Shown: piece after piece, positions 9,988 through 23,124 of the stretch
How the letters are laid out: every line of letters starts with the position of its first letter
How positions within the stretch are numbered: position 1 is the first letter of the stretch
NCBI GenBank assembly: GCA_029863385.1
Contig: JAOTVU010000003.1
Span: forward strand, 65-64,064
Direction of reading: 5' to 3'
DNA from: Acidimicrobiia bacterium
GTDB taxonomy: Bacteria > Actinomycetota > Acidimicrobiia > Acidimicrobiales > SZUA-35
DNA: 64,000 bases
Position numbers and translations under genes: made by a program
Notes under the pieces: generated by a model
Databases searched by the model: none
The model's input: the letters and a program-made list of their open reading frames with translations, nothing else
Told to the model about the DNA's origin: nothing

Positions 9988-12909
9988 GTGTCTGGTAGTA
10001 CCGTTCGAGGCGACAGCGCGCTTCACGAGTCCAACCTTCGGGGACGCTTCGGGCTCCTCGTGGCGGGAGCCTGCGCTGTCTTCGTCTTCGCTCTTCTGAA
10101 CTGGCCGGACGCCGACAGCCTTTCGGATCTGACCGAGCCGCTGCTGTTCGTCAACACCACGCCCTCGGGTGGCGACATGGGCGCTCACGTCTGGGGTCCC
10201 GCCTACCTGCGCGATCACCTTCTCCCGCAGGCCCGACTGAGCGGTTGGACGCCCGACTGGTACAGCGGGTTTCCCGCCTTTCACTTCTACATGGTGGTTC
10301 CTTCGCTCGCCATCGTCGCGCTGAACGTCGGCCTGCCGTGGCCGTTCGGGATCGGCCTCATCGCCGTTGCCGCTGGCGGTTTGTACCTCCTGGAGCGGCG
10401 GAGCTCGGATCGGTCGGCGACGAGCACCCGGCTCGACCGGCTCCGTCGGTTTGCCTCGGCACCGGAGAACCGGGCGCCGGTGGCCGTGGCGCTCGTGATC
10501 GTTGCGGTGGTGCTGGTCGGACTGCCCTACGGCGTGGCGTTCAAGCTGGTCTCGGTCAGCGGTCTCGTCGCCTTCCCGCCGGCCGCCTGGCTCATGGGCC
10601 GGCTCGCCGGATCGCCGGAGCCCGTCCCGGCGTTCCTGGCCCTCGGCGCGTTCATCTTCCTGTTCGACACCAACTTCACCATCTACGGCGGCAACATCAC
10701 CTCGACGTTGGCCGGCGAGTTCGCCTTCTCGATCTCGCTCGGCCTGACGCTGGTCGCAATCGGTTTGGCGTTGGGGGGAATGGACCGCAACATATGGCTC
10801 GCCCGGACCGCTGTGGTTGTAGCCGTGGTCGCCCTGTGCCATCTCATCCCCGTCTTCTTCATCATCCCGGCATTGATGTTGGCCTGCCTGTCCGATGGCC
10901 GGACCACCGCTCGAAGCTGGATGCTGGCGGGTTCGATTGCGTTGGCCCTGCTGCCCGTCGCCTTCGCCGACGGTCGCGGCCTCGGTATGATCGCGCTCGC
11001 CCTGTCCGCGTTGATCGTGGTTTTCGTTGCCGCCGCAGCGGGAGATTCGACCGTCTTCGCCCGGTATCGATGGCTTCTCGTCGTTGGTCCCGTCGCCATG
11101 CTGGTCTCGGCCTTCTGGCTGCTTCCGTTCTACCTTCGTGAGCCGTACTTCAACGACATGGGCTGGGAGCGCCTCGACGAGGTCGGCGCTCCCATGCTCA
11201 CCATTCCCATGAAGCTGGCGTTGCCGGTCGCCGCCATCGGTTTGTTGCTGGCCTACGCGGCCCGGGAGCGCATCGGCATGATCTTCGGTGGTCTCGCCGC
11301 GGTGTTCGCCGCCGCCGTCGCCAACCTGGGCGAGGGTCCGCTCTGGAACGCCCGACTCCTGCCGTTCTACTACCTCGCCGTCTACCTGACCGCGGCCGTC
11401 GGCGTCGCCATGATCGTCCGCTACGTCGGCTCACTGGTAACCGGTGACCTCGACCGACCCTCGGTTTCGACGCTGACGCTTTCCTCCCTGGCCGCACTCG
11501 TGGCGGTCTTCGTCGCGGTGGCCATGCCGCTGCGCCTGATGCCGTTCGGGGGGATCAACGACGAGGGCGACTACGAATGGCTCGTCTTCACCAATTCGGC
11601 TCGAAGCGCGGTTCCGAGCTGGGCCGCCTGGAACTACTCCGGGTACGAGCGGAAGGAGTCGTATCGGGAGTACTACGACATCGTCACCGCCATGGCAACG
11701 GTCGGTGAGACGAACGGCTGCGGGCGAGCCATGTGGGAGTACTCGAAGGAACTCGATCGCTACGGCACACCGATGGCGCTCATGTTGCTCCCGCACTGGA
11801 CCGACGGCTGCATCGGTTCGATGGAGGGCCTGTACTTCGAGTCCTCGGCCACAACGCCGTTCCACTTCCTGAACCAGAGTGTGCTGTCCGACGCACCGTC
11901 GAGGGCGCAACGCGACCTGCCGTACCAGGGGTTCGACATCGACACCGGCGTCGAACAACTGCAGCTGATGGGCGTTCGCTACTACATGGCCCAGTCCGAC
12001 GACGCGATCGCCGCCGCCGACTCCCATCCTGCGCTCACCAGGATCGGCGAGGCACAGCCGTTCGCTGTCTTCGAGGTCGGCGACAGTGAGCTCGTGGAGG
12101 GTCTGAGCTACGAGCCGGTGGTCGTGTCGGGGCGTTCCCCGGAGCAGCTGGCCAACGATGAGGCGGTGAGCCGATTCGATCTCGGTTGGGTCGGTCAGGC
12201 CGTGAGCCAATACAACGATCCCGCCGCCTACCTCGCCCTGCCGGCCGAGGACGGGCCCGCCGGCTGGGAGCGACGTGAGTCGCTGTCCACCTCCGACGGC
12301 GAACCGATCGATCCCGTCGGCGTCTCCAACATCGCCACGACCGACTCGACCATCAGCTTCGACGTCGACCGGGTGGGAGAACCGGTGCTGGTGAAGGCGT
12401 CCTACTTTCCGAATTGGACGGTCGACGGCGCCGACGGGCCGTGGCGTGTCGGTCCGAATCTCATGGTCGTCGTCCCCACAGAGACCTCGGTTCGTCTGGC
12501 CTACGGTCGAACGCCGATCGACTGGCTCTCGAACCTGTTGACCCTGATCGGTCTCGTGATCGTCGCCATGCTGGCGGTTCGGGCCAGGCGGCGGCCCAGC
12601 CCGTCGATCCGCCCGGAGCCCGTCATGATGCCACCGATGTCGGAAGGCGACGCGCAAGGCAGCGCGGGAGGCACCGAGCACCCCGACGAGCCGAACGCCG
12701 CGGTTCCGCCGCTCGAGCGTCCCACGCCTGTCGGTGCGGCCGCGGCGGTTCCGAAGGCCATCGGTGCGCCGACCGCAAGCCCGGTCGCGTCGAAGGATGC
12801 ATCCGGCAACGGAGGGCGGGACACCGCGTCCGGTCCCGGTGACCCGGCTGCCGAACCGCCTGCCGAACAGTCCGAACCACCGGAACAGTCGGCCGTGTCC
12901 CGGCCGTGA
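9988..12909 (+). CDS. GT-C-like polytopic membrane protein (6-pyruvoyl-tetrahydropterin synthase-related membrane protein family)
   Basis: GGDMGAH and GWTPDWYSGFPAFHFY motifs, many TMs, and a C-terminal extracellular domain ending VKASYFPNW...GPNLMVVVP (YfhO-like) plus a TM. Confidence 0.7.
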   Translation: MSGSTVRGDSALHESNLRGRFGLLVAGACAVFVFALLNWPDADSLSDLTEPLLFVNTTPSGGDMGAHVWGPAYLRDHLLPQARLSGWTPDWYSGFPAFHFYMVVPSLAIVALNVGLPWPFGIGLIAVAAGGLYLLERRSSDRSATSTRLDRLRRFASAPENRAPVAVALVIVAVVLVGLPYGVAFKLVSVSGLVAFPPAAWLMGRLAGSPEPVPAFLALGAFIFLFDTNFTIYGGNITSTLAGEFAFSISLGLTLVAIGLALGGMDRNIWLARTAVVVAVVALCHLIPVFFIIPALMLACLSDGRTTARSWMLAGSIALALLPVAFADGRGLGMIALALSALIVVFVAAAAGDSTVFARYRWLLVVGPVAMLVSAFWLLPFYLREPYFNDMGWERLDEVGAPMLTIPMKLALPVAAIGLLLAYAARERIGMIFGGLAAVFAAAVANLGEGPLWNARLLPFYYLAVYLTAAVGVAMIVRYVGSLVTGDLDRPSVSTLTLSSLAALVAVFVAVAMPLRLMPFGGINDEGDYEWLVFTNSARSAVPSWAAWNYSGYERKESYREYYDIVTAMATVGETNGCGRAMWEYSKELDRYGTPMALMLLPHWTDGCIGSMEGLYFESSATTPFHFLNQSVLSDAPSRAQRDLPYQGFDIDTGVEQLQLMGVRYYMAQSDDAIAAADSHPALTRIGEAQPFAVFEVGDSELVEGLSYEPVVVSGRSPEQLANDEAVSRFDLGWVGQAVSQYNDPAAYLALPAEDGPAGWERRESLSTSDGEPIDPVGVSNIATTDSTISFDVDRVGEPVLVKASYFPNWTVDGADGPWRVGPNLMVVVPTETSVRLAYGRTPIDWLSNLLTLIGLVIVAMLAVRARRRPSPSIRPEPVMMPPMSEGDAQGSAGGTEHPDEPNAAVPPLERPTPVGAAAAVPKAIGAPTASPVASKDASGNGGRDTASGPGDPAAEPPAEQSEPPEQSAVSRP

Positions 12910-14072
12910 GGAGCCGACTCCGACTGTTCGCCCTGGTCGGCGCAGTCGCAACAGCGGTCGATCTCTCTCTGTTCCTGTTGTTGGCTCGGCAGTGGTCGTC
13001 GATCGTGGCCGCCAACGTGGTGGCGCTCGTGTCGGCTGCGACCGTCGCCTACGTGTTGAACCGCCGCCTCACGTTCAAGGGCGACCCCCGTGCTCGATGG
13101 GTGAGCAACCCAAGTCTTTTCGCTGGGACCGCGGTGGTGGCCGGGTCGATTGACACGCTCGTCCTGGTACTCGTCAACCCTGTTCTGGCCCTGCCGGTCA
13201 CCAAGATGGTGGCCATCGGGTTCGGTGCCGGTGTTCGGTGGTTCATGTACCGGTGGATTCTGTTCACCCAGGTTCGGCGGGATCTGGCCCAACGGGTGAA
13301 CCGTCCCGCCCCCGACCGCCCGCTCCGCCTGACCGTGGTCCTGCCCGCGTACAACGAGGAGGATCGAATCGCCGCCACCATCGACGCCGTCCGGCAAACA
13401 CTGAAACCGGTGTTGGGCGACGGCGATCTGGAGATCCTCGTTGTCGACGACGGATCGGCCGACGACACCCCGGCCGCCGCCGAACGGGCCGGAGCCCGCG
13501 TTCTGCGTCAGCCGGTCAACCGGGGCAAGGGGGCGGCGGTCCGACGGGGTGTCCTCGAAGCGCGGGGCCGGAGCGTGGTGTTCACCGACGCCGACCTCGC
13601 CTACCGCCCCGAGCTGCTTCTCACGGTTCTCGACGAGGTCGAGCAGGGCTGGGACATGGTGGTCGGCAGCCGCCGCCATCAACACACAAACGTCCTCGTG
13701 CGGGCCAGGAGGCTCCGCGAACTCGGTGGTCGGATGGTCAACCGTTTGACCCATCTGGTACTGCTCGGCCATTTCCGGGACACGCAGTGCGGACTCAAGG
13801 GTTTCCAGGCCGATATCGCCAGGATCGTCTTCGAGCGAACCCGGATCGACGGATTCGCGTTTGACGTCGAACTCTTCCTGATCGCCGAACAGGATCAGTT
13901 GTCGCTTCGCGAGATCCCGGTTTCGGTTGAGAATCGGGCCGGATCCTCCGTTCGGGTCGTGGCCGATTTCGCCGCCCTGATGGTCGATCTGTTCCGTATC
14001 AGGCGCTGGGTCGGCGAGGGGGTCTACGAGCCGGACGCCGGTCAGCTGAAGATCCTCGAGGAACGCTCGTGA
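12906..14072 (+). CDS. GtrA flippase-like domain fused to a polyprenol-phosphate glycosyltransferase (Alg5/DPM-like GT2)
   Basis: N-terminal 4-TM GtrA pattern (RLFALVG...YVLNRRLTF). C-terminal VLPAYNE, VVDDGS, NRGKG, FTDAD, DTQCGLK and FAFDVE motifs. Confidence 0.85.
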   Translation: MRSRLRLFALVGAVATAVDLSLFLLLARQWSSIVAANVVALVSAATVAYVLNRRLTFKGDPRARWVSNPSLFAGTAVVAGSIDTLVLVLVNPVLALPVTKMVAIGFGAGVRWFMYRWILFTQVRRDLAQRVNRPAPDRPLRLTVVLPAYNEEDRIAATIDAVRQTLKPVLGDGDLEILVVDDGSADDTPAAAERAGARVLRQPVNRGKGAAVRRGVLEARGRSVVFTDADLAYRPELLLTVLDEVEQGWDMVVGSRRHQHTNVLVRARRLRELGGRMVNRLTHLVLLGHFRDTQCGLKGFQADIARIVFERTRIDGFAFDVELFLIAEQDQLSLREIPVSVENRAGSSVRVVADFAALMVDLFRIRRWVGEGVYEPDAGQLKILEERS

Positions 14073-14216
14073 TCGGCTTGGTGACGGCACCGGGTCCGAC
14101 AGCGGTCCACCAACCTGGAATCGCCGCGGCGGTGGAACCTCGACGTACCGAGCGCGACCCCGTGCCGACCGCGTCTGGCCGTCACATAGCCGCTCCATCG
14201 ACCGATAGGTGAACCT

Positions 14217-15590
14217 GTGACCGACATTTCCGTTCTCGACCAGATCGTCAAGGCGTACGACATCCGGGGCACCTATCCGGAGCAGCTCGATGCCAGGATC
14301 TGTCGAGCGCTCGGAGCGGGATTCGGTGTCCTGATCGCCGAGGTCGAGCCGACGACGACGGCGGTTGTCATCGGCCGTGACATGCGGCCCTCAGGCCCGG
14401 AACTGGTCGACGCCTTCGCCGACGGTGTCATGGGCCAGGGCCTCGATGTCATCGACATCGGCTTGGCCTCCACCGACCTCCTCTACTTCGCATCGGGAAG
14501 GCTCGACCTGCCCGGTGTGATGCTCACCGCATCGCACAATCCCGCCGAATACAACGGGATCAAGCTCTGCCGTAGCGCAGCGGCTCCGGTCGGCGAGGAC
14601 TCCGGCCTGTCGACCATCAAGCGGGTGGCGGCCGAGGGCGCCGTCGATGTGCCCGACGCCAAGCGCGGACGCCGCTCGAAACTGGATCTGCTGGCGGATT
14701 TCGCCGATCACGTCCGGAACTTCGTCGACCTGGCCGCCCTCCGTCCCCTGAAGGTCATCGCCGACACGGCAAACGGCATGGGAGGACTGGTCGTGCCGGA
14801 GGTCTTCGCTACGTTGCCCTTCGACCTCGAGGTCATGTACTCCGAACTGGACGGGACCTTTCCCAACCATGAGGCCAATCCGCTCGACGAGAAGAACCTC
14901 GTCGATTTGCAGGCCCGCGTGCTCGAGACCGGCGCCGACATCGGACTGGCCTTCGACGGTGACGCCGACCGGGTTTTCGTGGTCGACGAGAAGGCGCAGC
15001 CCGTTTCGGGATCGCTCACCACCGCGCTCCTGGCCCGCTCGATCCTGGCCCAGAATCCCGGTTCGAAGATCATCCACAACCTCATCTGCTCGAAGGCGGT
15101 TCCGGAGGTGGTGATCGAGCACGGGGGGGAGCCTCTGCGGTCCCGAGTCGGCCACTCCTTCATCAAGCAGATGATGGCGGAAACGGGCGCTGTGTTCGGC
15201 GGCGAGCACTCAGCCCACTACTACTTCCGCGACAATTGGCGGGCCGACTCCGGCCTGATCGCCTCGGTCCTGGTACTCGAACAGCTGTCGCACCACGATG
15301 GCCCACTCTCGGAGTTGCTGGCCCCGCTGAAACGTTACGAGGCCTCGGGCGAGATCAACACCCGGGTGACCGACGCCGCGGTGGTCATCGAACGGGTGGC
15401 CGAGCACCACAGCCAGGCGTCGTGTGATCGGCTCGACGGGCTCACCGTCGACCACGGCGACTGGTGGTTCAATCTGCGCCCTTCGAACACCGAACCGCTG
15501 TTGAGGCTCAACCTCGAGGCCCCGACGAAAGCCGACGTCGATCGGCGGGTGTCCGAGGTTCAAGCGGTCATAGCCGAGGCGTCGCGATAG
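14217..15590 (+). CDS. manB: Phosphomannomutase/phosphoglucomutase
   Basis: KAYDIRG, TASHNP catalytic Ser, FDGDADR metal loop, GEHSAH and RPSNTEP. Confidence 0.93.
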   Translation: MTDISVLDQIVKAYDIRGTYPEQLDARICRALGAGFGVLIAEVEPTTTAVVIGRDMRPSGPELVDAFADGVMGQGLDVIDIGLASTDLLYFASGRLDLPGVMLTASHNPAEYNGIKLCRSAAAPVGEDSGLSTIKRVAAEGAVDVPDAKRGRRSKLDLLADFADHVRNFVDLAALRPLKVIADTANGMGGLVVPEVFATLPFDLEVMYSELDGTFPNHEANPLDEKNLVDLQARVLETGADIGLAFDGDADRVFVVDEKAQPVSGSLTTALLARSILAQNPGSKIIHNLICSKAVPEVVIEHGGEPLRSRVGHSFIKQMMAETGAVFGGEHSAHYYFRDNWRADSGLIASVLVLEQLSHHDGPLSELLAPLKRYEASGEINTRVTDAAVVIERVAEHHSQASCDRLDGLTVDHGDWWFNLRPSNTEPLLRLNLEAPTKADVDRRVSEVQAVIAEASR

Positions 15591-15592
15591 CC

Positions 15593-16843
15593 GTGCGACG
15601 GATCAGCGGCTCACTCCAGCACTATCCCTGGGGCCGGTTCACGGCCATCGCCGAGCTCCGGCACGTTGAACCATCAGGCAGGCCCGAGGCCGAGTACTGG
15701 CTGGGCACCCATCCCCGTGGCCCGAGCCGCGTGATCCTCGACGGTGGGGGCGAAGGTCCGACGCTCGACTCTGTTATCGCCGCCGAACCGGAGCGATGGC
15801 TCGGCTCGCCTGTGCTCGACCGATTCGGCGAACTCCCCTTTCTCCTGAAGATCCTGGCCGCCGACCGGCCGCTGTCGATTCAGGCCCATCCGACCGCCGA
15901 GCAGGCTCGGGTCGGCTTCGAGCGGGAAAACCTGGCCGGTATCGAGCGAGACGACTTCAAACGCAGCTATCACGACCCCAATCACAAGCCCGAGCTGATC
16001 TGTGCGCTGAGCCCGTTCGAAGCCAAGTGCGGGCTTCGGGTTCTGCACGAAACGCGGCGTCTGTTCTCCACATTCACCCCTGCCGCGCTCGACCCGGTGC
16101 GAGCACGACTCGACGGCGACGGCGACGGCGACGGCCCATCGGTTCTCGGTGGGGTGGTCTCGTGGATGCTCGAGTTGGATCAGCAGCGGGCCATGGAACT
16201 CGTCGATGCGGTGGTTTCGGAAGCTCGGCGGCTGCTGGACTCGCCCGACGAGCTGGCCCCGATCGCCGACTTCCGGCTCGATCTCGAGTGGACGGTTCGG
16301 ATCCACGACGTGCATCCCGGTGACATCGGCGTTGTGGTGGCACTGCTGTTGAACCATCTCACCCTGCAACCCGGTCAGGCCCTGTTCCTCGAAGCCGGTG
16401 TTCTCCACGCCTACCTCTCCGGTGTCGGCATCGAGGTGATGGCCAACAGCGACAACGTGCTCCGAGGCGGCCTGACGACCAAACACGTCGACGTCGACGA
16501 GCTCCTGTCGGTGGCGTCCTTCGAGCCCTGCCGACCGCAGGTGCAGACGATCAGCCGGCCGACCCATCGCTTCGACGCTCCGGTCCCCGAGTTCGCGCTC
16601 ACGGCCTACGGGTTCGCTGAGGGGGCCGAGCGGTCGATCTGCGAGGTCGAGGGCCCCGAGATCGTGCTCGTCGAGTCGGGTTCGGCCACCCTGTCAACCG
16701 CTCCTTCGACCATCGCCCCCGGCAATGGTCCAACGGTTCGGCTCTCGCCCGGGCAGGCGGTGGCCATCCCGGCCGCAACGGGCCGCTACGAGCTGGCGCT
16801 CGAAGGAGACGGGACGAGGATCTGGCGGGCGACGGTCGGCTGA
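15593..16843 (+). CDS. manA: Mannose-6-phosphate isomerase, class I
   Basis: QHYPWG, AEYWLGTH, LSIQAHP, DPNHKPEL, HAYLSG and MANSDNVLRGGLT. GTG 15593 lies just after the manB stop. Confidence 0.95.
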   Translation: MRRISGSLQHYPWGRFTAIAELRHVEPSGRPEAEYWLGTHPRGPSRVILDGGGEGPTLDSVIAAEPERWLGSPVLDRFGELPFLLKILAADRPLSIQAHPTAEQARVGFERENLAGIERDDFKRSYHDPNHKPELICALSPFEAKCGLRVLHETRRLFSTFTPAALDPVRARLDGDGDGDGPSVLGGVVSWMLELDQQRAMELVDAVVSEARRLLDSPDELAPIADFRLDLEWTVRIHDVHPGDIGVVVALLLNHLTLQPGQALFLEAGVLHAYLSGVGIEVMANSDNVLRGGLTTKHVDVDELLSVASFEPCRPQVQTISRPTHRFDAPVPEFALTAYGFAEGAERSICEVEGPEIVLVESGSATLSTAPSTIAPGNGPTVRLSPGQAVAIPAATGRYELALEGDGTRIWRATVG

Positions 16844-16845
16844 TA

Positions 16846-17031
16846 GAGTCGGCGATCCGGAGGATCGCCTTCACAAGTTTGCGTTTCGCAAACTCTCGGG
16901 CTCGAAAGGGATGCCCTGGAGATCGGTTTTCCGCCCGGATTGAGTCGGCGAGCCGGAGGATCGCCTTCACAAGTTTGCGTTTCGCAAACTCTCCGGCTCG
17001 AAGGGGATGCCCTGGAGATCGGTCTTTCCGC
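16846..17031. repeat. Tandem direct repeat, two ~89-90 bp copies with 96-bp period and internal palindromes (REP/BIME- or MITE-like)
   Basis: Copies at 16846-16934 and 16942-17031 are near-identical. Each holds GGCGATCC-GGA-GGATCGCC (one mismatch in copy 2) and AGTTTGCG-TTT-CGCAAACT hairpins. Confidence 0.9.
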
Positions 17032-17089
17032 AGCCTGATAGCCTTGTCCGGGTATTCCGATCCGGAGTATCTCTCTCGGAGGTTCACCC

Positions 17090-17326
17090 GTGGCCCTTGC
17101 CCAGCAGCTACTCGACATCCTTGCTTGCCCTGAGGACAAGGGCCCACTGTTGTACTTCGAGCAGGAGGGTTGGCTCTACAACCCCCGCCTTCATCGCCGC
17201 TACCGGATCGAGGACGACATTCCCATCATGCTGATCGACGAATCGGAGCAGGTGGACGGCGCCGAACACGAACGTCTCATGGCTCTCTCCGCCGAGCGGG
17301 CCTTGCGGCCGACGTTCGACGCATGA
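17090..17326 (+). CDS. Trm112 family protein
   Basis: LLDILACPEDKGPL...YRIEDDIPIMLIDE. GGAGG RBS upstream. Confidence 0.9.
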   Translation: MALAQQLLDILACPEDKGPLLYFEQEGWLYNPRLHRRYRIEDDIPIMLIDESEQVDGAEHERLMALSAERALRPTFDA

Positions 17327-17410
17327 CGCCGCCCCTTTTCCGCTCACGTCCGACGCAGTCCGCGTTCACACCCTCCGGATTCACACTCTCTCTCCCCGTC
17401 AGGAGCTGAC

Positions 17411-18883
<1,473 letters not shown>

Positions 18884-18890
18884 TCCACGA

Positions 18891-18934
18891 TCTGTGCGCT
18901 CCTGACCCGGGAAACCGGGTTGTGGGCGCGCAGA
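18891..18934 (+). terminator. GC-rich hairpin after ahcY (terminator-like or REP-like)
   Basis: TCTGTGCGCTCCTGACCCGG-GAAA-CCGGGTTGTGGGCGCGCAGA imperfect inverted repeat, 7 nt after the stop. No U-tract. Confidence 0.5.
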
Positions 18935-18980
18935 ATCAGGGTGGGCCGAAACTGTCACCGCCTCCGAGTAGGGTCGCCCC

Positions 18981-19652
18981 ATGGTGCTCATGCGGGTGTG
19001 TCCCTGGTGTCGGCGAACCGAGCCGTGGCGGCGAGGGTGTGGTTGCCTGCCCGACCCACTCGACTCGCCCGTCCTGCGCACGATCAGCGGGATCGACCTG
19101 GCCGTCGCCGCTCACAACTACGACGAGGTGATTCGACGGTTTGTTCTGGCGGCGAAGAACGGCGGCCGACAGGACCTGCTGCGCCGCTTCGGCGAACAGC
19201 TCGCCCAGGTGCTCGCCCAGGCCACCCGGTTCCCCGATTTCCGGAACGGCCAGCGGCCGACGGTGGTCTGGGTGCCGGCGAGTCGGGGCCGGCGTCGTCG
19301 CCGTGGTTACGACCAGGGTCGCCTCCTGGCCCGAACGGTGGGCCGGGCGCTTGGCCTTCCGGTGCGGCCACTCTTGGTGCGCACCGGTTCTGGGGCGCAG
19401 GAGGGTCGGGATCGGGCCGAACGCCTGGCCGGGCCTCAGCTTCGTTGCCGGGTTCGGCACGCGCCCTCCCACGTCGTCATCATCGACGACGTGATCACGA
19501 CCGGCGCATCGCTCGCAGCAGCCGCCGACGCACTTCGAGGGGCCGGAACCACGGCGATCATGGCGGTGGCGGTAGCATCCTCAGGGTCAAACGGGTCAAA
19601 TCACGCACTGGCGGGAAACGCTGGCTTGCGCCAGGTCTCCCGCCTATGGTGA
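18981..19652 (+). CDS. comF: ComF family phosphoribosyltransferase-like protein
   Basis: N-terminal Cys cluster, RRRGYDQ, and PRT motif IIDDVITTGAS. Usual position upstream of hpf. Confidence 0.85.
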   Translation: MVLMRVCPWCRRTEPWRRGCGCLPDPLDSPVLRTISGIDLAVAAHNYDEVIRRFVLAAKNGGRQDLLRRFGEQLAQVLAQATRFPDFRNGQRPTVVWVPASRGRRRRRGYDQGRLLARTVGRALGLPVRPLLVRTGSGAQEGRDRAERLAGPQLRCRVRHAPSHVVIIDDVITTGASLAAAADALRGAGTTAIMAVAVASSGSNGSNHALAGNAGLRQVSRLW

Positions 19653-19701
19653 GCAGGTAACGAGCGGCATGCTCAAGCGATCGCATCCCATGGAGGTTTG
19701 T

Positions 19702-20259
19702 ATGGAAGTTTCGGTCAGTGGTCGGAAAACAGCCGTGTCCCAGTCTCTGAAACGACAAGCCGAGGAAAAGATCGGGCGTCTGGATAAGTACCTCGACATG
19801 GATCGAGCCGAGGTTCACTTCTGGGAGGAGAAGAACTCCCGAAGCAAGGACACGGAGTACTGCGAGGTCACCATGGAGGGCCACGGGCACCACATCCGGT
19901 GCAAGGTGGCGGCTCCCGACGGATTCACGGCCGTCGACCTGGCGGTGGACAAGCTGGAAAGCCAGCTCCGCAAACTGAAGACCAAGGTCCACAAGCGCTA
20001 CCGCGGACGGGAACGACCGGCCATTCCGCCCGATCTCGTCCCGGAAAAGCTGGTCAGCGACGAGCATGCGGCCGAGCCGATGTACAACATCGTGAAATCG
20101 AAGCTGTTCCAGATCAACTCACTCGACCCCCAGGGTGCGGCGCTACAGATGGATCTCCTGAATCACGACTTCTACCTGTTCACCAACTCCGAAACCGAAC
20201 GGGCCGCCGTCGTCTACCGACGGGACGACGGAAACGTCGGCTTGATCGAGGTCGAGTAG
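19702..20259 (+). CDS. hpf: Ribosome hibernation promoting factor (long HPF/RaiA)
   Basis: AVDKLESQLRKLK and C-terminal LQMDLLNHDFYLF...VVYRRDDGNVGLIE. GGAGG RBS before ATG 19702. Confidence 0.93.
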   Translation: MEVSVSGRKTAVSQSLKRQAEEKIGRLDKYLDMDRAEVHFWEEKNSRSKDTEYCEVTMEGHGHHIRCKVAAPDGFTAVDLAVDKLESQLRKLKTKVHKRYRGRERPAIPPDLVPEKLVSDEHAAEPMYNIVKSKLFQINSLDPQGAALQMDLLNHDFYLFTNSETERAAVVYRRDDGNVGLIEVE

Positions 20260-20328
20260 GCCTGAGCAGCACCTTGCGGGCCGGCGCGTCAGTCGTACGG
20301 GTTCGCCCCAGTAGACTTCATAAGTAAC

Positions 20329-23118
<2,790 letters not shown>

Positions 23119-23124
23119 TCCGCC

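Noticed and set aside
16846-17031. CRISPR array
   Set aside because: Only two ~90-bp units, with no unique spacers and no cas genes.
17327-17410. SAH riboswitch upstream of ahcY
   Set aside because: The spacer is pyrimidine-rich and lacks the GAGGAGCG...CAGGCUC-type core. An Rfam scan would be decisive.
19583-19599. GGGTCAAA direct repeat upstream of hpf
   Set aside because: Only two 8-mers inside the comF 3' end. Could be chance, and no regulator can be assigned.
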